Positions 41,992 through 54,112 of a DNA stretch of 64,000 nt are shown piece by piece. Origin of the DNA: an uncultured Gemmatimonadaceae bacterium (GTDB taxonomy: Bacteria > Gemmatimonadota > Gemmatimonadetes > Gemmatimonadales > Gemmatimonadaceae); contig CAVVTZ010000011.1 of assembly GCA_963751275.1 (NCBI GenBank), positions 64,001 through 128,000 on the forward strand, written 5' to 3'. The notes under the pieces were generated by a model. It did no database searches, was not told the origin of the DNA, and was given only the letters and a program-made list of their open reading frames with translations. Positions within the stretch are counted from its first letter, which is position 1. The number at the start of each line of letters is the position of its first letter. Position numbers and translations under genes: made by a program.

Positions 41992-43176
41992 TCACACGAA
42001 GTACTTAGTCACCACGGGAAGCAGCGAGGGATGTTTCACCAACGCATGAGCGAACACCCGTCCAAGCGTGCGCTTCTCGGATGGGATTCGATTCACCGTA
42101 GAAGCCAGCGCGTTGAAGAAGGAGTCCTCGAACTTCCCCAGCGCATCCTTCAGCCGGTGAAAGCGTACGTGGTCATCGCCCAGCAGTTCCATCCAGGCGT
42201 CGTGGTACCCCTGTAAGCGATCGGCGTTCGTGCAGCGCGCGGCCAGGGCGTCGGCCGCGGCGTGCGCCGCCAGCCGCCCCGCCTTCATCGCGTTCACGAT
42301 GCCGCCGCCCGAGAGCGGATTGATCATGTGCGCGGCATCGCCGCACACCAGCAGCGCGTCGGTCACGGTGCGCTTGATCGTGGGATGCACGATCACGCCG
42401 CCCACGGTCATCCCGGTGATCGTGGCGCCCGGGAAATCGCGCGCGACGTACGCATCGAGATGCGCGCGCGCGGAACGACCGCCCGCACGGAGCGCCACGA
42501 TCCCCAATCCGACGTTCGCGTCGCGCTCGCTCTTCGGGAAGATCCACGCATACCCGCCCGGCGCGATCGCCTGTCCGAAGTGGAGCAGGATCGCGTCGGG
42601 ATCGAAGTCGATGCCGCTCATCACGTACTGCGCACAGCTCTCCATGTCGCGCGCCGGCACGCGGGTGTCGAGCCCGGCCCAGCGTCCGGTCATCCCCTCC
42701 ACGCCATCGGCCGCGATCACGATGCGCGCCACCACGTCTGCGTGGCCGCGCGGCGTCGAGACCGCCGCGCGCCAGCCGCCGCCGTCGCGCGAGAGGCCGG
42801 TCACCTCGGTCGCCACCCGGATCTCCGCTCCCGCCGACCCCGCCTGCGCGGCCAGCGCCGGCTCGAAGCGCGTCCGGTCCAGTACGTAGCCGACATCCCC
42901 CTCGGCCACCCGCACGTCCGTCCCGTCGGGGGCCCGGAGGATCACCCGCGTGATCCGCCGCGAGACCCAATCCGCGCCCGCCGGGTCGATGAACTCCGAG
43001 AGTCCCGCGCTGCCCACTCCCTCGCCACAGCGCACCGGCGCGCCGATCGCCCGGTCGCGCTCCACGAGGAGCACGCGCGCCCCTGGGGCCAGCGTGGCGA
43101 ACTCCCGGGCCGCGATGAGCCCCGCCGGCCCGCCGCCCACCACCAGCGCGTCCACGCGCTCCACGGAGGCGCTCAC
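41992..43176 (-). CDS. Geranylgeranyl reductase-family flavoprotein, archaeal DGGR-like
   Basis: GGGPAG, IGAPVRCGEG, APGGYAWIFPK, GDAAHMINPLSGGGI. Confidence 0.85.
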   Translation of the reverse strand: MSASVERVDALVVGGGPAGLIAAREFATLAPGARVLLVERDRAIGAPVRCGEGVGSAGLSEFIDPAGADWVSRRITRVILRAPDGTDVRVAEGDVGYVLDRTRFEPALAAQAGSAGAEIRVATEVTGLSRDGGGWRAAVSTPRGHADVVARIVIAADGVEGMTGRWAGLDTRVPARDMESCAQYVMSGIDFDPDAILLHFGQAIAPGGYAWIFPKSERDANVGLGIVALRAGGRSARAHLDAYVARDFPGATITGMTVGGVIVHPTIKRTVTDALLVCGDAAHMINPLSGGGIVNAMKAGRLAAHAAADALAARCTNADRLQGYHDAWMELLGDDHVRFHRLKDALGKFEDSFFNALASTVNRIPSEKRTLGRVFAHALVKHPSLLPVVTKYFV

Positions 43177-43376
43177 GCGCGCAGCACCATCGTGAGCGCG
43201 GCCACCGGACAGGGCGCGATGCACTTCCGACACCCCGTGCACGCTGAGTCGTCAATGTGGAGACCGTCGCGCCGCAGCGAGATCGCGCCGGGCGGGCAGA
43301 GGGGGAGGCAAAGACCGCAGGCGTCGCAGGTCGCGAGCTCGACGATGGCCAGTTCGGTGGCACGCGACGGGGGCAT
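43173..43376 (-). CDS. 2x[4Fe-4S] ferredoxin
   Basis: CDACGLCLPLCP and CTGCRKCIAPCP. Confidence 0.9.
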   Translation of the reverse strand: MPPSRATELAIVELATCDACGLCLPLCPPGAISLRRDGLHIDDSACTGCRKCIAPCPVAALTMVLRA

Positions 43377-43382
43377 GCGGGG

Positions 43383-43412
43383 ACGATGTCCGAGCGCGCT
43401 AGGTCGTGTCAA
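43383..43412 (-). promoter_or_regulatory. Leaderless-type promoter of the ferredoxin gene
   Basis: TTGACA-N18-CATCGT, 6 nt before the ATG. Confidence 0.45.
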
Positions 43413-43421
43413 GGCAATGTC

Positions 43422-43450
43422 TTGTCGCAGTCTGCTTCCCCTGCTAGGTT
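43422..43450 (+). promoter_or_regulatory. Promoter of the mre operon
   Basis: TTGTCG-N17-TAGGTT. Confidence 0.45.
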
Positions 43451-43516
43451 AACTCCCGTCAGCGCCCGTGTTCGTTCCAAAAAACTCGAAGCACCCAAGT
43501 CCCTCCCACACAATCG

Positions 43517-44554
43517 ATGCGCTGGCCGCTCTTCAAACCCGGTTCCTTCTTTCCCGCGAACGCGATCGCCGTGGACCTCGGCACCGCGAACACGCTCATC
43601 TACGTGAAGGGTGAAGGGATCGTGTTGAACGAACCGTCGGTCGTCGCGATCGAACGGTCGAGCGGAAAAGTGAAATGGGTCGGCCTCGAAGCGAAGCGCA
43701 TGCTCGGCCGCACTCCCGAAGGCGTGATCGCGGTGCGCCCGATGAAGGACGGCGTGATCGCGGACTTCGACGTCACGGAGAAGATGCTCCGCTATTTCCT
43801 GACGTTGATCATCGATAATCACATCTTCAAGGTGAAGCCGCGCGTCATCGTGTGCGTCCCCTCGGGGATCACCGAGGTCGAGCGCCGCGCGGTGCGCGAC
43901 TCCGCGCTCGGCGCGGGCGCGAAGGAAGTGTTCATGGTCGCCGAGCCGATGGCCGCGGCGATCGGCGTCGGGCTGCCCGTGGAGACGCCCACCGGCAACA
44001 TGGTGATCGACATCGGCGGCGGCACCACCGAGATCGCGGTCATCGCGCTCTCCGGCATCGTGAGCGACACGTCGATCCGCACGGGCGGCGACGAGCTCGA
44101 CATCGCGATCGTGCAATTCATGCGCAAGAACTACAACCTGCTCATCGGCGAGCCGACGGCCGAGCAGGTGAAGATCCAGATCGGCAGCGCAGCGCCCGTG
44201 GGCGACGAGCGTGAGATGGAAGTGCGCGGCCGCGACCTCGTGAGCGGCATCCCGAAAACGGTGCGCGTGCATTCGAGCGAGATCCGCGAGGCGATCCAGG
44301 AGCCGATCCAGCAGATCGTGGATGCCGTGCGCCGCGCGCTCGAGATCACGCCGCCGGAGCTCGCGAGCGACATCGTGGATCGCGGCATCGTCATGACCGG
44401 AGGCGGTGCGCTCATCCGCGGCCTCGATCTGCTGCTGAGCCAGGAGACGAACCTCCCCATCCATGTCGACGAGGATCCGCTGACGTGCGTCGTTCGCGGC
44501 ACCGGCCGGATCCTGGATGACGAGGAAAAGTACTGGAACGTCCTGCAGACCTGA
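43517..44554 (+). CDS. mreB: Rod shape-determining protein MreB
   Basis: [27 protein letters not shown]. Confidence 0.98.
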   Translation: MRWPLFKPGSFFPANAIAVDLGTANTLIYVKGEGIVLNEPSVVAIERSSGKVKWVGLEAKRMLGRTPEGVIAVRPMKDGVIADFDVTEKMLRYFLTLIIDNHIFKVKPRVIVCVPSGITEVERRAVRDSALGAGAKEVFMVAEPMAAAIGVGLPVETPTGNMVIDIGGGTTEIAVIALSGIVSDTSIRTGGDELDIAIVQFMRKNYNLLIGEPTAEQVKIQIGSAAPVGDEREMEVRGRDLVSGIPKTVRVHSSEIREAIQEPIQQIVDAVRRALEITPPELASDIVDRGIVMTGGGALIRGLDLLLSQETNLPIHVDEDPLTCVVRGTGRILDDEEKYWNVLQT

Positions 44555-44560
44555 CGCGCC

Positions 44561-45625
44561 GTGCCCCCCGTCGCACGCACGATCAGCCGTCGGGATCTCA
44601 TCTTGCTCGCTGCGAGCCTCGCGCTGTCCATCGCCGCGATGAACCTCCCGGAGCGGATCAAGGACCCGTTCGCCGCATCGCTCCGCCGCACCCTCCTCGC
44701 GCCGCTCGTCTCGCTCCAGCACGACGCGGAGCTCGCCCGCATCGCCTGGAAGACGCGCGAGGCGCGCACGGAGCTCGCCGACAGCGTCGCGATCCGCGCG
44801 CTCGCCTTGCCCGGCGCGGAGAGCGAGAACGCGCGGCTGCGCCGCATGCTCGGGCTCAGCGACCGGCTCCATTGGGGATTCGTCTCGGCGGAAGTGCTGC
44901 AGGGACGTGGCATCGGCGATGACTATACCGTGACCCTCTCCGCCGGCGGCCGCGCCGGCGTGAGGCCGTTCAGCCCCGTGGTGGTCGCCGAAGGCCTCGT
45001 GGGCATCGTGAAGAGCGTCGATCCGACGATGAGCACTGCGGTGCTCTGGGCCCATCCCGATTTCCGCGCGAGCGCGATGGCCGCCGATGGCAGCGTCTTC
45101 GGCATCGTGGCCGCGCACAATGGCGCGGACGCCGAGCGCTTCCTGCTCGAGATGCGCGGCGTGCCGATGCGCTCCTCGATCGCCCAGGGGACGCTGATCG
45201 TCACGTCCGGACTCGGCGGCACCTTCCCGCGCGGGATCCCGATCGGCGTCGTGATGAGCGAGATGAAGACGCCGGAGCTCTGGGCGCGCACGTATCTCCT
45301 GCGGCCGGCGGTGTCGCCGGCGGATCTCGCGAGTGTGATGGTGCTGCTCCCCGACCGGCTCAAGGCCGGCGTGGAGCCGGTGTGGAAGGACGTGCACGGC
45401 GATTCGGTGCCGGGGGCGGATTCGCTCGCGCGCGCGCCGGTGGACACGGCAGCGGCGCGCATCGCGAAAGCCGCGCGCGACAGCGCGGCGGCGGACAGCA
45501 TTGCGCGCCGGCGCCGCCGCAAGTTCCGGCGCGATTCGATCGCGGCTGCCGAAAGTCTCAAAGTGCACAGCGACAGCGCGGCGCCCGTCGCGAAGCCCGA
45601 TTCCGTGCCGCCGGGGACGCCATGA
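44561..45625 (+). CDS. mreC: Rod shape-determining protein MreC
   Basis: ENARLRRMLGL, GLVG, VTSGLGGTFPRGIPIG; operon position. Confidence 0.92.
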   Translation: MPPVARTISRRDLILLAASLALSIAAMNLPERIKDPFAASLRRTLLAPLVSLQHDAELARIAWKTREARTELADSVAIRALALPGAESENARLRRMLGLSDRLHWGFVSAEVLQGRGIGDDYTVTLSAGGRAGVRPFSPVVVAEGLVGIVKSVDPTMSTAVLWAHPDFRASAMAADGSVFGIVAAHNGADAERFLLEMRGVPMRSSIAQGTLIVTSGLGGTFPRGIPIGVVMSEMKTPELWARTYLLRPAVSPADLASVMVLLPDRLKAGVEPVWKDVHGDSVPGADSLARAPVDTAAARIAKAARDSAAADSIARRRRRKFRRDSIAAAESLKVHSDSAAPVAKPDSVPPGTP

Positions 45626-46107
45626 GACCGCTCGAGATCTTCCGCGTGCTCGTCGCCTTCCTCGTGCTCGTGCTGCTCCAGTACACGGTGCGGCCGATGC
45701 TCGGCTGGCCGTACGGCCCGGACTTCCTGCTCGTGGCGCTGCTCGTCGTGGCCGTGCGCGTGCGCCCCGGGAGCGCGGCGGCGGTCGGGCTGCTCGTGGG
45801 GATCATCTCCGATTCGATCGGCACGGGGCCGTTCGGCGGCGCGGCGTTGTCGATGACCGTCGTCGCGTTCGGCGCATCGTGGCTGCAGTCGGTGGTGTTC
45901 TCGGATGATCTGACGGTGAACGCCATGCTCTTCTTCTTCGGGGAGTGGGCGTTCGCGGTGATCTATCTGCTCGTCGCACGAAGCCCCGGTTCGCCGCTGC
46001 TCCTGCCGCTGGTCGCGTGGGCGCCGCTCACCGCGGCGGTCACCGCGCTCTTCGGCGTGGCGACGCTCATGGTGCTGCGCCCCATCCTGAGGCCGGTGAA
46101 CGGGTGA
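45622..46107 (+). CDS. mreD: Rod shape-determining protein MreD
   Basis: Hydrophobic, PDFLLV motif, between mreC and mrdA. Confidence 0.88.
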   Translation: MRPLEIFRVLVAFLVLVLLQYTVRPMLGWPYGPDFLLVALLVVAVRVRPGSAAAVGLLVGIISDSIGTGPFGGAALSMTVVAFGASWLQSVVFSDDLTVNAMLFFFGEWAFAVIYLLVARSPGSPLLLPLVAWAPLTAAVTALFGVATLMVLRPILRPVNG

Positions 46108-47879
46108 GCCTGCACCCGAACGATCTCGCGCGCCGCGGGCGCGGCGCGTCGTGGGCGCTCGTGGCGCTCTTCACGGTGGTGCTGGGCGCGTTCTTCCGGA
46201 CACAGATCATCCAGCACTCGCGCTATACCATGCAGAGCGAGGAGAACCGGCTGCGCGAAGTGCCGATGCCCGCGCCGCGCGGCATCATCTACGACCGCAA
46301 TCAGAAGATCATCGCCGAGAACGTGCCGGGATACTCCGTGCAGCTACTCGCGGCCAACGCGGATTCGCTGCGCGCCACCGTCGTGCGCATGGCGCAGCTC
46401 GTGCCGATGACGCCGGAGCAGATGGAGCTCGTGTCGCGGCGATACCTGCGCGCCCCGAACCGGCCGGCGGTCGTCTTCGCGGACGCCTCGTTCAAGGTGG
46501 TGTCGGTGCTCGAGGAGCGCCGCCTCGACTTTCCCGGCCTCGTGATCCAGTCGGCGCCCAAGCGATTCTATCCGGCAGGCGCGGCGGGCGCGCCGGTGCT
46601 CGGCTATGTCGGCGAAGTGACGGAGTCCGAGCTGAACTCGGAGCGCTACAAGGGCTACAAGAACGGCCAGCAGGTGGGGAAGGCGGGGCTCGAGCACGAG
46701 TACGAGGACAAGCTGCGCGGCATCGACGGATCGCGCTTCGTTGAAGTGGATGCGCGCGGCCGCGTGGTGCGCGAGGCCGGTGCGCGCGAGGATCTGGAGC
46801 CGCAGGCCGGCCCACCGCTGCTCACGAACATCGACATCGACCTGCAGAAGTACATCGCCGACCTCTTCGCCGATTCGCTCCAGGGCGGCGTGATCGCGAT
46901 CGAGCCGCGCACCGGCGCCGTGCTCGCGCTCTACTCGGCGCCGAGCTACGACCCGAACGCGTTCATCGGCGGCATCCCGCCCGAATTGTGGAAAGCGCTG
47001 AACGCCGATCCGCGGCGGCCGCTCTACAACAAGGCGATCCAGGGGCGGTACCCGCCGGGCTCCACGTGGAAGCTCGCGACCGCGGCGATCGCGCTGCAGG
47101 AAGGGATCGCGACGCTCGACGACAAGATGGCCGAGCCGTGCACGGGCAAATTCCAGTTCGGCAACCGCGAGTTCAAGTGCTGGGACAAGCAGGGCCACGG
47201 CTACCTCACGCTGGCGCGCGCCATCGAGGTGTCGTGCGACGTGTACTTCTACCAGCTGGGGCTCAAGATCGGCCTGACGCGGCTCGTGGCCGGCGGCATC
47301 TCGCTCGGCGCGCACGAGCGCACGGGGATCGATCTGCCCGAGGAGGCGCGCCCCGGATTCCCGGCCGCCGATGTGAAGGATTACTACGACCGCAAGTACG
47401 GCAAGACGGGGTGGAGCCAGGCGGTGGTGCTCAATCTCGCGATCGGCCAGGGCGAGAACGATCAGACCGTCGCGAGCATGGCGCGCTTCTATACGGCGCT
47501 CGCCACCGACGGCAGCGCCGCGACGCCGGCAGTGGCGATGCGGCCGGTGGAGCGCCAGCGGATCATGCAGCTCACGCCCGCCCAGCTCGATGCCATGCGC
47601 GCGGCGATGGCGGGCGTGATCTCGCGCGGCACCGCGAGCAGCGCGCAGATCCAGGGCGTCGTGCTCGCCGGCAAGACCGGCACGGCGCAGAATTCGCAGG
47701 ACCCGCTGCACGATCACGCGTGGTTCGTGGGCTTCGCACCGGCGAACGATCCGAAGATCGTTGTCGCGGTGATGCTCGAGTTCGGCGGGCACGGCGACCG
47801 CGCCGCGCGCATCGCGTCGAAGATCATCCAGTCGTATCTGAAGGTGGCGCCGGCCCAGCTCCTGAGCACCGACGGCTGA
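46104..47879 (+). CDS. mrdA: Penicillin-binding protein 2
   Basis: APRGIIYDRN, PGSTWK (SxxK), SCD, KTGT. Confidence 0.95.
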   Translation: MSLHPNDLARRGRGASWALVALFTVVLGAFFRTQIIQHSRYTMQSEENRLREVPMPAPRGIIYDRNQKIIAENVPGYSVQLLAANADSLRATVVRMAQLVPMTPEQMELVSRRYLRAPNRPAVVFADASFKVVSVLEERRLDFPGLVIQSAPKRFYPAGAAGAPVLGYVGEVTESELNSERYKGYKNGQQVGKAGLEHEYEDKLRGIDGSRFVEVDARGRVVREAGAREDLEPQAGPPLLTNIDIDLQKYIADLFADSLQGGVIAIEPRTGAVLALYSAPSYDPNAFIGGIPPELWKALNADPRRPLYNKAIQGRYPPGSTWKLATAAIALQEGIATLDDKMAEPCTGKFQFGNREFKCWDKQGHGYLTLARAIEVSCDVYFYQLGLKIGLTRLVAGGISLGAHERTGIDLPEEARPGFPAADVKDYYDRKYGKTGWSQAVVLNLAIGQGENDQTVASMARFYTALATDGSAATPAVAMRPVERQRIMQLTPAQLDAMRAAMAGVISRGTASSAQIQGVVLAGKTGTAQNSQDPLHDHAWFVGFAPANDPKIVVAVMLEFGGHGDRAARIASKIIQSYLKVAPAQLLSTDG

Positions 47880-49135
47880 TGCGCACGCGCCGCCTGTTCG
47901 CGGACCCCACGCTCCTGATCACCGGACTGGCGCTCTCGCTCTACGGGATCGCGATGGTCTACTCGGCCGGGCAGACCGACGTGCCCACTCCCGCGGTGAA
48001 CGCGTGGGCCGCGCAGCTCCGCTGGCTCGCGCTGGGGATCTTCGCGGCATTCATCGTTACACGCGGCACCGTGCGGTTCATCGAATGGTTCGCGCTGCCG
48101 TCGTACATCGTGTCGGTGATCCTGTTGCTGCTCACGCTCAAGTTCGGCGGCGGCGCGGGCACGGCGGCGGGCTCCCACAGCTGGTTGATGCTCGCCGGGC
48201 ACCGCCTCGGCCAGCCCTCGGAGCTGGTGAAGATCACCACCGTGCTCATGCTCGCGCGCGAGCTCGCGGTGTTCCGCCAGCCGCCACGCTCGCTGTTGGA
48301 GCTCTGGCGCCCCGCGATCGTCGTGCTGGTCCCCTTCGTGCTGATCATGGCGCAGCCGGATCTCGGCAGCGCGCTGGTGTTCATCGGGATCTTCGTCGCG
48401 ATGCTCTTCTGGATGGGCCTCGAGTGGCGCCTGCTGGTGCTGCTCGCGTCGCCGGGCATCAGCCTCATCCTCGCGTCGCGCACGCTATTCTGGGGCGCGT
48501 GGTTCCTCGTGCTTCTCGCGCTGGTGTTCTGGTACCGTCCCTATCTCTTCGAAGGCGCGGCGCTTGTGCTCGCGAACGTCGTCATGGGCGTCGTCGCGCC
48601 GATCCTCTGGTACCGGCTGCAGCCCTACCAGAAGAACCGCCTGCTCACCTTCCTCGATCCGTCAATCGATCCGCATCGCGCGGGCTGGCATGTGCAGCAG
48701 TCCAAGGTGGCGATCGGGTCGGGCGGCTGGATCGGCAAGGGATTCCTCGAGGGAACGCAGAAGCGGCTGGCCTTCCTGCCCGAACAGCACACCGACTTCA
48801 TCTTCGCGGTGCTCGGCGAGGAGCTCGGTTTCCTTGGCGTAGCGGCGGCCCTGGCGCTCTTCCTGGTGCTGCTGCAGCGCTCCGTGCGCATCGCGTCGAG
48901 CGCGAGCGCTCCCTTCGGCAGCCTCGCGGCCTTCGGGCTCGCGTCGATCTGGGTGGTGCACATCGTCGTCAACGTCGGCATGACGCTCAACCTGATGCCG
49001 ATCACCGGCATCCCGCTGCCGTTCTTCAGCTACGGCGGATCGTTCATGCTGTCGTGCTGGCTGTCGATCGGCGTGCTCGAGCGGATCGCGAGCGAAGCCC
49101 GCGGCGCCCAGACGGGAGAGTCCAGCTACCGCTAG
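47879..49135 (+). CDS. rodA: SEDS glycosyltransferase RodA
   Basis: QPSE, QPDLGS, LPEQHTDFIF, TGIPLPFFSYGGS. Confidence 0.95.
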   Translation: MRTRRLFADPTLLITGLALSLYGIAMVYSAGQTDVPTPAVNAWAAQLRWLALGIFAAFIVTRGTVRFIEWFALPSYIVSVILLLLTLKFGGGAGTAAGSHSWLMLAGHRLGQPSELVKITTVLMLARELAVFRQPPRSLLELWRPAIVVLVPFVLIMAQPDLGSALVFIGIFVAMLFWMGLEWRLLVLLASPGISLILASRTLFWGAWFLVLLALVFWYRPYLFEGAALVLANVVMGVVAPILWYRLQPYQKNRLLTFLDPSIDPHRAGWHVQQSKVAIGSGGWIGKGFLEGTQKRLAFLPEQHTDFIFAVLGEELGFLGVAAALALFLVLLQRSVRIASSASAPFGSLAAFGLASIWVVHIVVNVGMTLNLMPITGIPLPFFSYGGSFMLSCWLSIGVLERIASEARGAQTGESSYR

Positions 49136-49146
49136 ACCCGCTCTCC

Positions 49147-49175
49147 TTGCCGAGTGCCCGCCGCGCGGTCACATT
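49147..49175 (+). promoter_or_regulatory. Leaderless-type promoter of accD
   Basis: TTGCCG-N17-CACATT, 6 nt before ATG 49182. Confidence 0.45.
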
Positions 49176-49181
49176 TCCAAA

Positions 49182-50045
49182 ATGGCATGGTTCCGCAAGG
49201 AGAAGAAGGCGCGCCAACCGCGGCGTGAGCGGCTCGAGATCCCGGCGGACACCTGGGAGAAGTGCGAGGCGTGCGGGCACACGGATCTGCGCGAGAAGTT
49301 CCTGCGCAATCTGAACGTGTGCCCCTCGTGCGATTATCACCGCCGCATCCGCGCGAGCGAGTACCTCGCCATTCTGCTCGACGACAACGCCTACGAGGAG
49401 CTGGATGAGGACATCCGCTCCAAGGACCCGCTCGGATTCCCTGAATATCCGGCGCGACTCAAGAAAGCGATGACGAACGCCGGCTCGTCGGACGCGATCG
49501 TCACCGTGAGCGGCGCGATCGGCGGCATGCCGGTGAACATCGGCGCGATGGACTTCGCGTTCATGGGCGGCTCGATGGGCTCGGTGGTGGGCGAGAAGAT
49601 CGCGCGTCTCGGCCAACGGTCGCTCGAGCGGAAGTATCCGCTGGTGATCATCTCGGCGTCGGGCGGCGCGCGCATGCAGGAAGGCGTGCTGTCGCTCATG
49701 CAGATGGCGAAGACCAGCGCGGTGCTCGCGCAGCTCGCGGAACGGCGGATCCCGTACGTTTCCATTCTGACCAACCCGACCACCGGCGGCGTGAGCGCGA
49801 GCTTCGCGATGCTCGGCGACGCGATCCTCGCGGAGCCGGGCGCCGTGATCGGATTCGCGGGGCCGCGCGTGATCAAGCAGACGATCGGCCAGGACCTGCC
49901 CGAGGGCTTCCAGACGGCGGAGTTCCTGCTGGACCACGGCATCGTGGATGTCGTGGCGCATCGCAAGGAGCTGAAGGCGACCGTGGGCACATTGCTGCGC
50001 CACATGAGCCACCAGCCGGCCGCGGCGGGATGGGCATCGCCCTGA
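49182..50045 (+). CDS. accD: Acetyl-CoA carboxylase carboxyltransferase beta
   Basis: Zn finger WEKCEAC..CPSC, FMGGSMGSVVGEK, SGGARMQEG, FAGPRVI. Confidence 0.96.
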   Translation: MAWFRKEKKARQPRRERLEIPADTWEKCEACGHTDLREKFLRNLNVCPSCDYHRRIRASEYLAILLDDNAYEELDEDIRSKDPLGFPEYPARLKKAMTNAGSSDAIVTVSGAIGGMPVNIGAMDFAFMGGSMGSVVGEKIARLGQRSLERKYPLVIISASGGARMQEGVLSLMQMAKTSAVLAQLAERRIPYVSILTNPTTGGVSASFAMLGDAILAEPGAVIGFAGPRVIKQTIGQDLPEGFQTAEFLLDHGIVDVVAHRKELKATVGTLLRHMSHQPAAAGWASP

Positions 50046-51320
50046 CGACGTACGCCGGCGCGCTCGAGTATCTCTTCGCGCGCGTCACCGGCGGATGGAA
50101 GTTCGGGCTCGACACCACGCGTGCGCTCGCCGCCGCGATGGGCGATCCCCAGAACGCGTATCCGACGCTCCATGTGGCGGGCACGAACGGGAAGGGGAGC
50201 GTCGTCGCGACGCTCGATGCGCTGCTGCGCGCCCGTGGATTCCGCGTGGGGCGCTACACGTCGCCGCACCTCGTCGATTTTCGCGAGCGCATCGTGGTGA
50301 ATGGCGAGCCGATCGCCGAAGATTCCGATCGTGGAGCAGATCGCGCGCTGGACCCCCGAGGTCGAGCGCCTCGGCGCGACCTTCTTCGAGGCCACCACGT
50401 GCATGGCGTTCGACCACTTCGCCCGCGAGCGCGTGGATGTCGCGGTCATCGAAGTGGGCCTCGGCGGCCGGCTCGACTCGACGAACATGATCATGCCGCT
50501 CGTGAGCGGCGTGACGTCCATCGGCATCGACCACGTGCAGTATCTGGGCGACACCGCCGAGCTGATCGCGGCGGAGAAGGCGGGCGTCTTCAAGGCGGGC
50601 GTGCCGGTGGTGATCGGCGAACGCGATCCGGGCATCCGCGCGTTGCTCGCGCGGCTCGCCGCGGCGGCCGGCGCGGGTCCCGTGCGCGTGCTGGCGGATG
50701 AAGCGGAACTCGCCGGGATCACGGTGACCGCGCAGGGCACGCGCTTCGCGATCGCGTCGGCTGCGGGCCGCCGCGAGCTCATGACGCCGTTGGTGGGCCG
50801 GCATCAGGCGCAGAACGCGGCCACCGCGATCGCCATGCTCGAATCGGCGGGCGCGCCATGGACCGAAGCGGCGCGCGATGCCGAGCGCGCGCTCTCGACG
50901 GTGCATTTGCCCGGACGCTTCCAGCGCTGGGGCGAGTTCATCTTCGACGTCGCCCACAACCCGGCCGGCACCGGCGTGCTCTGTGACTCCCTCGCCGCGG
51001 TCGAACCACGGCGCCCGGTCGTGTGCCTGCTCACCGTGCTGCGCGACAAGGACTGGCCGGCCATCATGCGCCTGCTCGCGCCGCACGTGGACCGCTTCGT
51101 GCTCACGATCCCGCCGAGCGTGCCGGCGGAGCGCGCGTGGCCGCTGGACGAGGTGGCCGCCTTCGCCTCGGCGAGCAGCTGGAAGGCGACGGCCGAGCCC
51201 GATTTCGACCGCGCGCTGGCGCTCGCGCGCGAGGGCGCCGCGACCACGCTCGTGACCGGGTCGTTCCACACCGTGGGCGACGCGATGGCGCGCTTGCCGG
51301 GGTCTCTCTCCGGCGGGTAG
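50030..51320 (+). CDS. folC: Folylpolyglutamate/dihydrofolate synthase (frameshift near 50325)
   Basis: HVAGTNGKGS, YTSPHL, EVGLGGRLDSTN, DVAHN. Confidence 0.94.
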
Positions 51321-51323
51321 ATT
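51294..51323 (+). promoter_or_regulatory. Leaderless-type internal promoter of hisS
   Basis: TTGCCG-N18-TAGATT (includes the folC stop), 6 nt before ATG 51330. Confidence 0.45.
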
Positions 51324-51329
51324 GACCGG

Positions 51330-52617
51330 ATGGCTCAGGGCGCACTCCCCGGTTTTCGTGATTTCTATCCCGCTGAGTTCGCCGAGCGCGCGCATTTGTT
51401 CGCGGCGTGGCGGGACGTGGCGCGCCGCTTCGCGTTCGTAGAGTACGACGGGCCGCCGCTGGAGCCGCTCGATCTGTTCACGAAGAAGAGCGGCGCCGAG
51501 ATCGCCGAGCAGCTGTACAACTTCACCGACAAGGGCGACCGCCAGGTGGCGCTGCGCCCCGAGATGACGCCGACGCTCGCGCGCATGGTGGCGGCGCGCG
51601 CGAATGCGCTGCGGAAGCCGGTCCGCTGGTTCTCGATCCCGCAGCTCTTCCGCTACGAGCGGCAGCAGCGGGGCCGGCTGCGCGAGCACTTCCAGTTGAA
51701 CATGGACATCATCGGCGAGCCGGACGTGACCGCCGATGCGGAGCTGCTCGCGGCCGCGATCGAGATCATGCGCACGCTGGGGCTGACGAGCGAGGATGTG
51801 GTGGCGCGCGTGTCGGACCGGCGGCTGCTCAATGCGTTGCTGCTGGGCAGTCGGATTCACGGAGGCGCAGTTCCCGGCCGCGTACGCCGCGCTCGACAAG
51901 TTGGGCCGGGATCCGCGGCCCGTCCTCGAGGAACGGCTGGCCAAGGCGGGCGTCGCCGCGAAGCAGATCGCGGCGCTCTTCGAACTCGCGGAGACCGCGA
52001 GCGATCGGAGCGGCATCAAGTTCGCCGCACTGGTCGGCCGCGCCGGCGCGGGGAAGGAATTCGCGGTGCTGGAGCGATACCTGGCCTGCCTCGATGCGCT
52101 CGGCGTGGGGACTTGGGTGCGGCTCGATCTCTCGATCGTGCGCGGGCTCGCGTACTACACCGGGATCGTCTTCGAGCTGTTCGATGCGAAGGGCGAACTC
52201 CGCGCGATCTGCGGCGGTGGGCGGTACGACAAGCTGCTCGAGTCGCTCGGCGGCGTCGATCTGCCCGCGCTCGGATTCGGCATGGGCGATGTCGTGCTCG
52301 GCGAACTGCTGCGCGAACGCAAACTGATGCCGCCGGTCGCGCCGTCACTCGATTTCTGGGTGGCGTTCGGCGAGGAGCTCGAGCCGGCGGATGCGATGCA
52401 GGTGGCCGGACGCCTGCGCGCGCGCGGACGCAGCGTGGAGTACTCGCTGGGTCCGCAGAAGCTCGCGCGCCAGCTCAAGACCGCGAACACCGCGGGCGCG
52501 CGGCACGCGGTAGTCCTGTCCGCGGCCGACCGCGCCGCCGGCATGGCGGTGGTGCGCGACCTCGGCACCGGCGCCGAAGAACGTGTGACGCTCGACCGCT
52601 GGATCGACACTCTCTGA
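51330..52617 (+). CDS. hisS: Histidine--tRNA ligase (frameshift near 51850)
   Basis: GFRDFYP, LRPEMTP, FRYERQQRGRLREHFQ, RGLAYYTG, GGGRYD. Confidence 0.95.
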
Positions 52618-54093
<1,476 letters not shown>

Positions 54094-54112
<19 letters not shown>

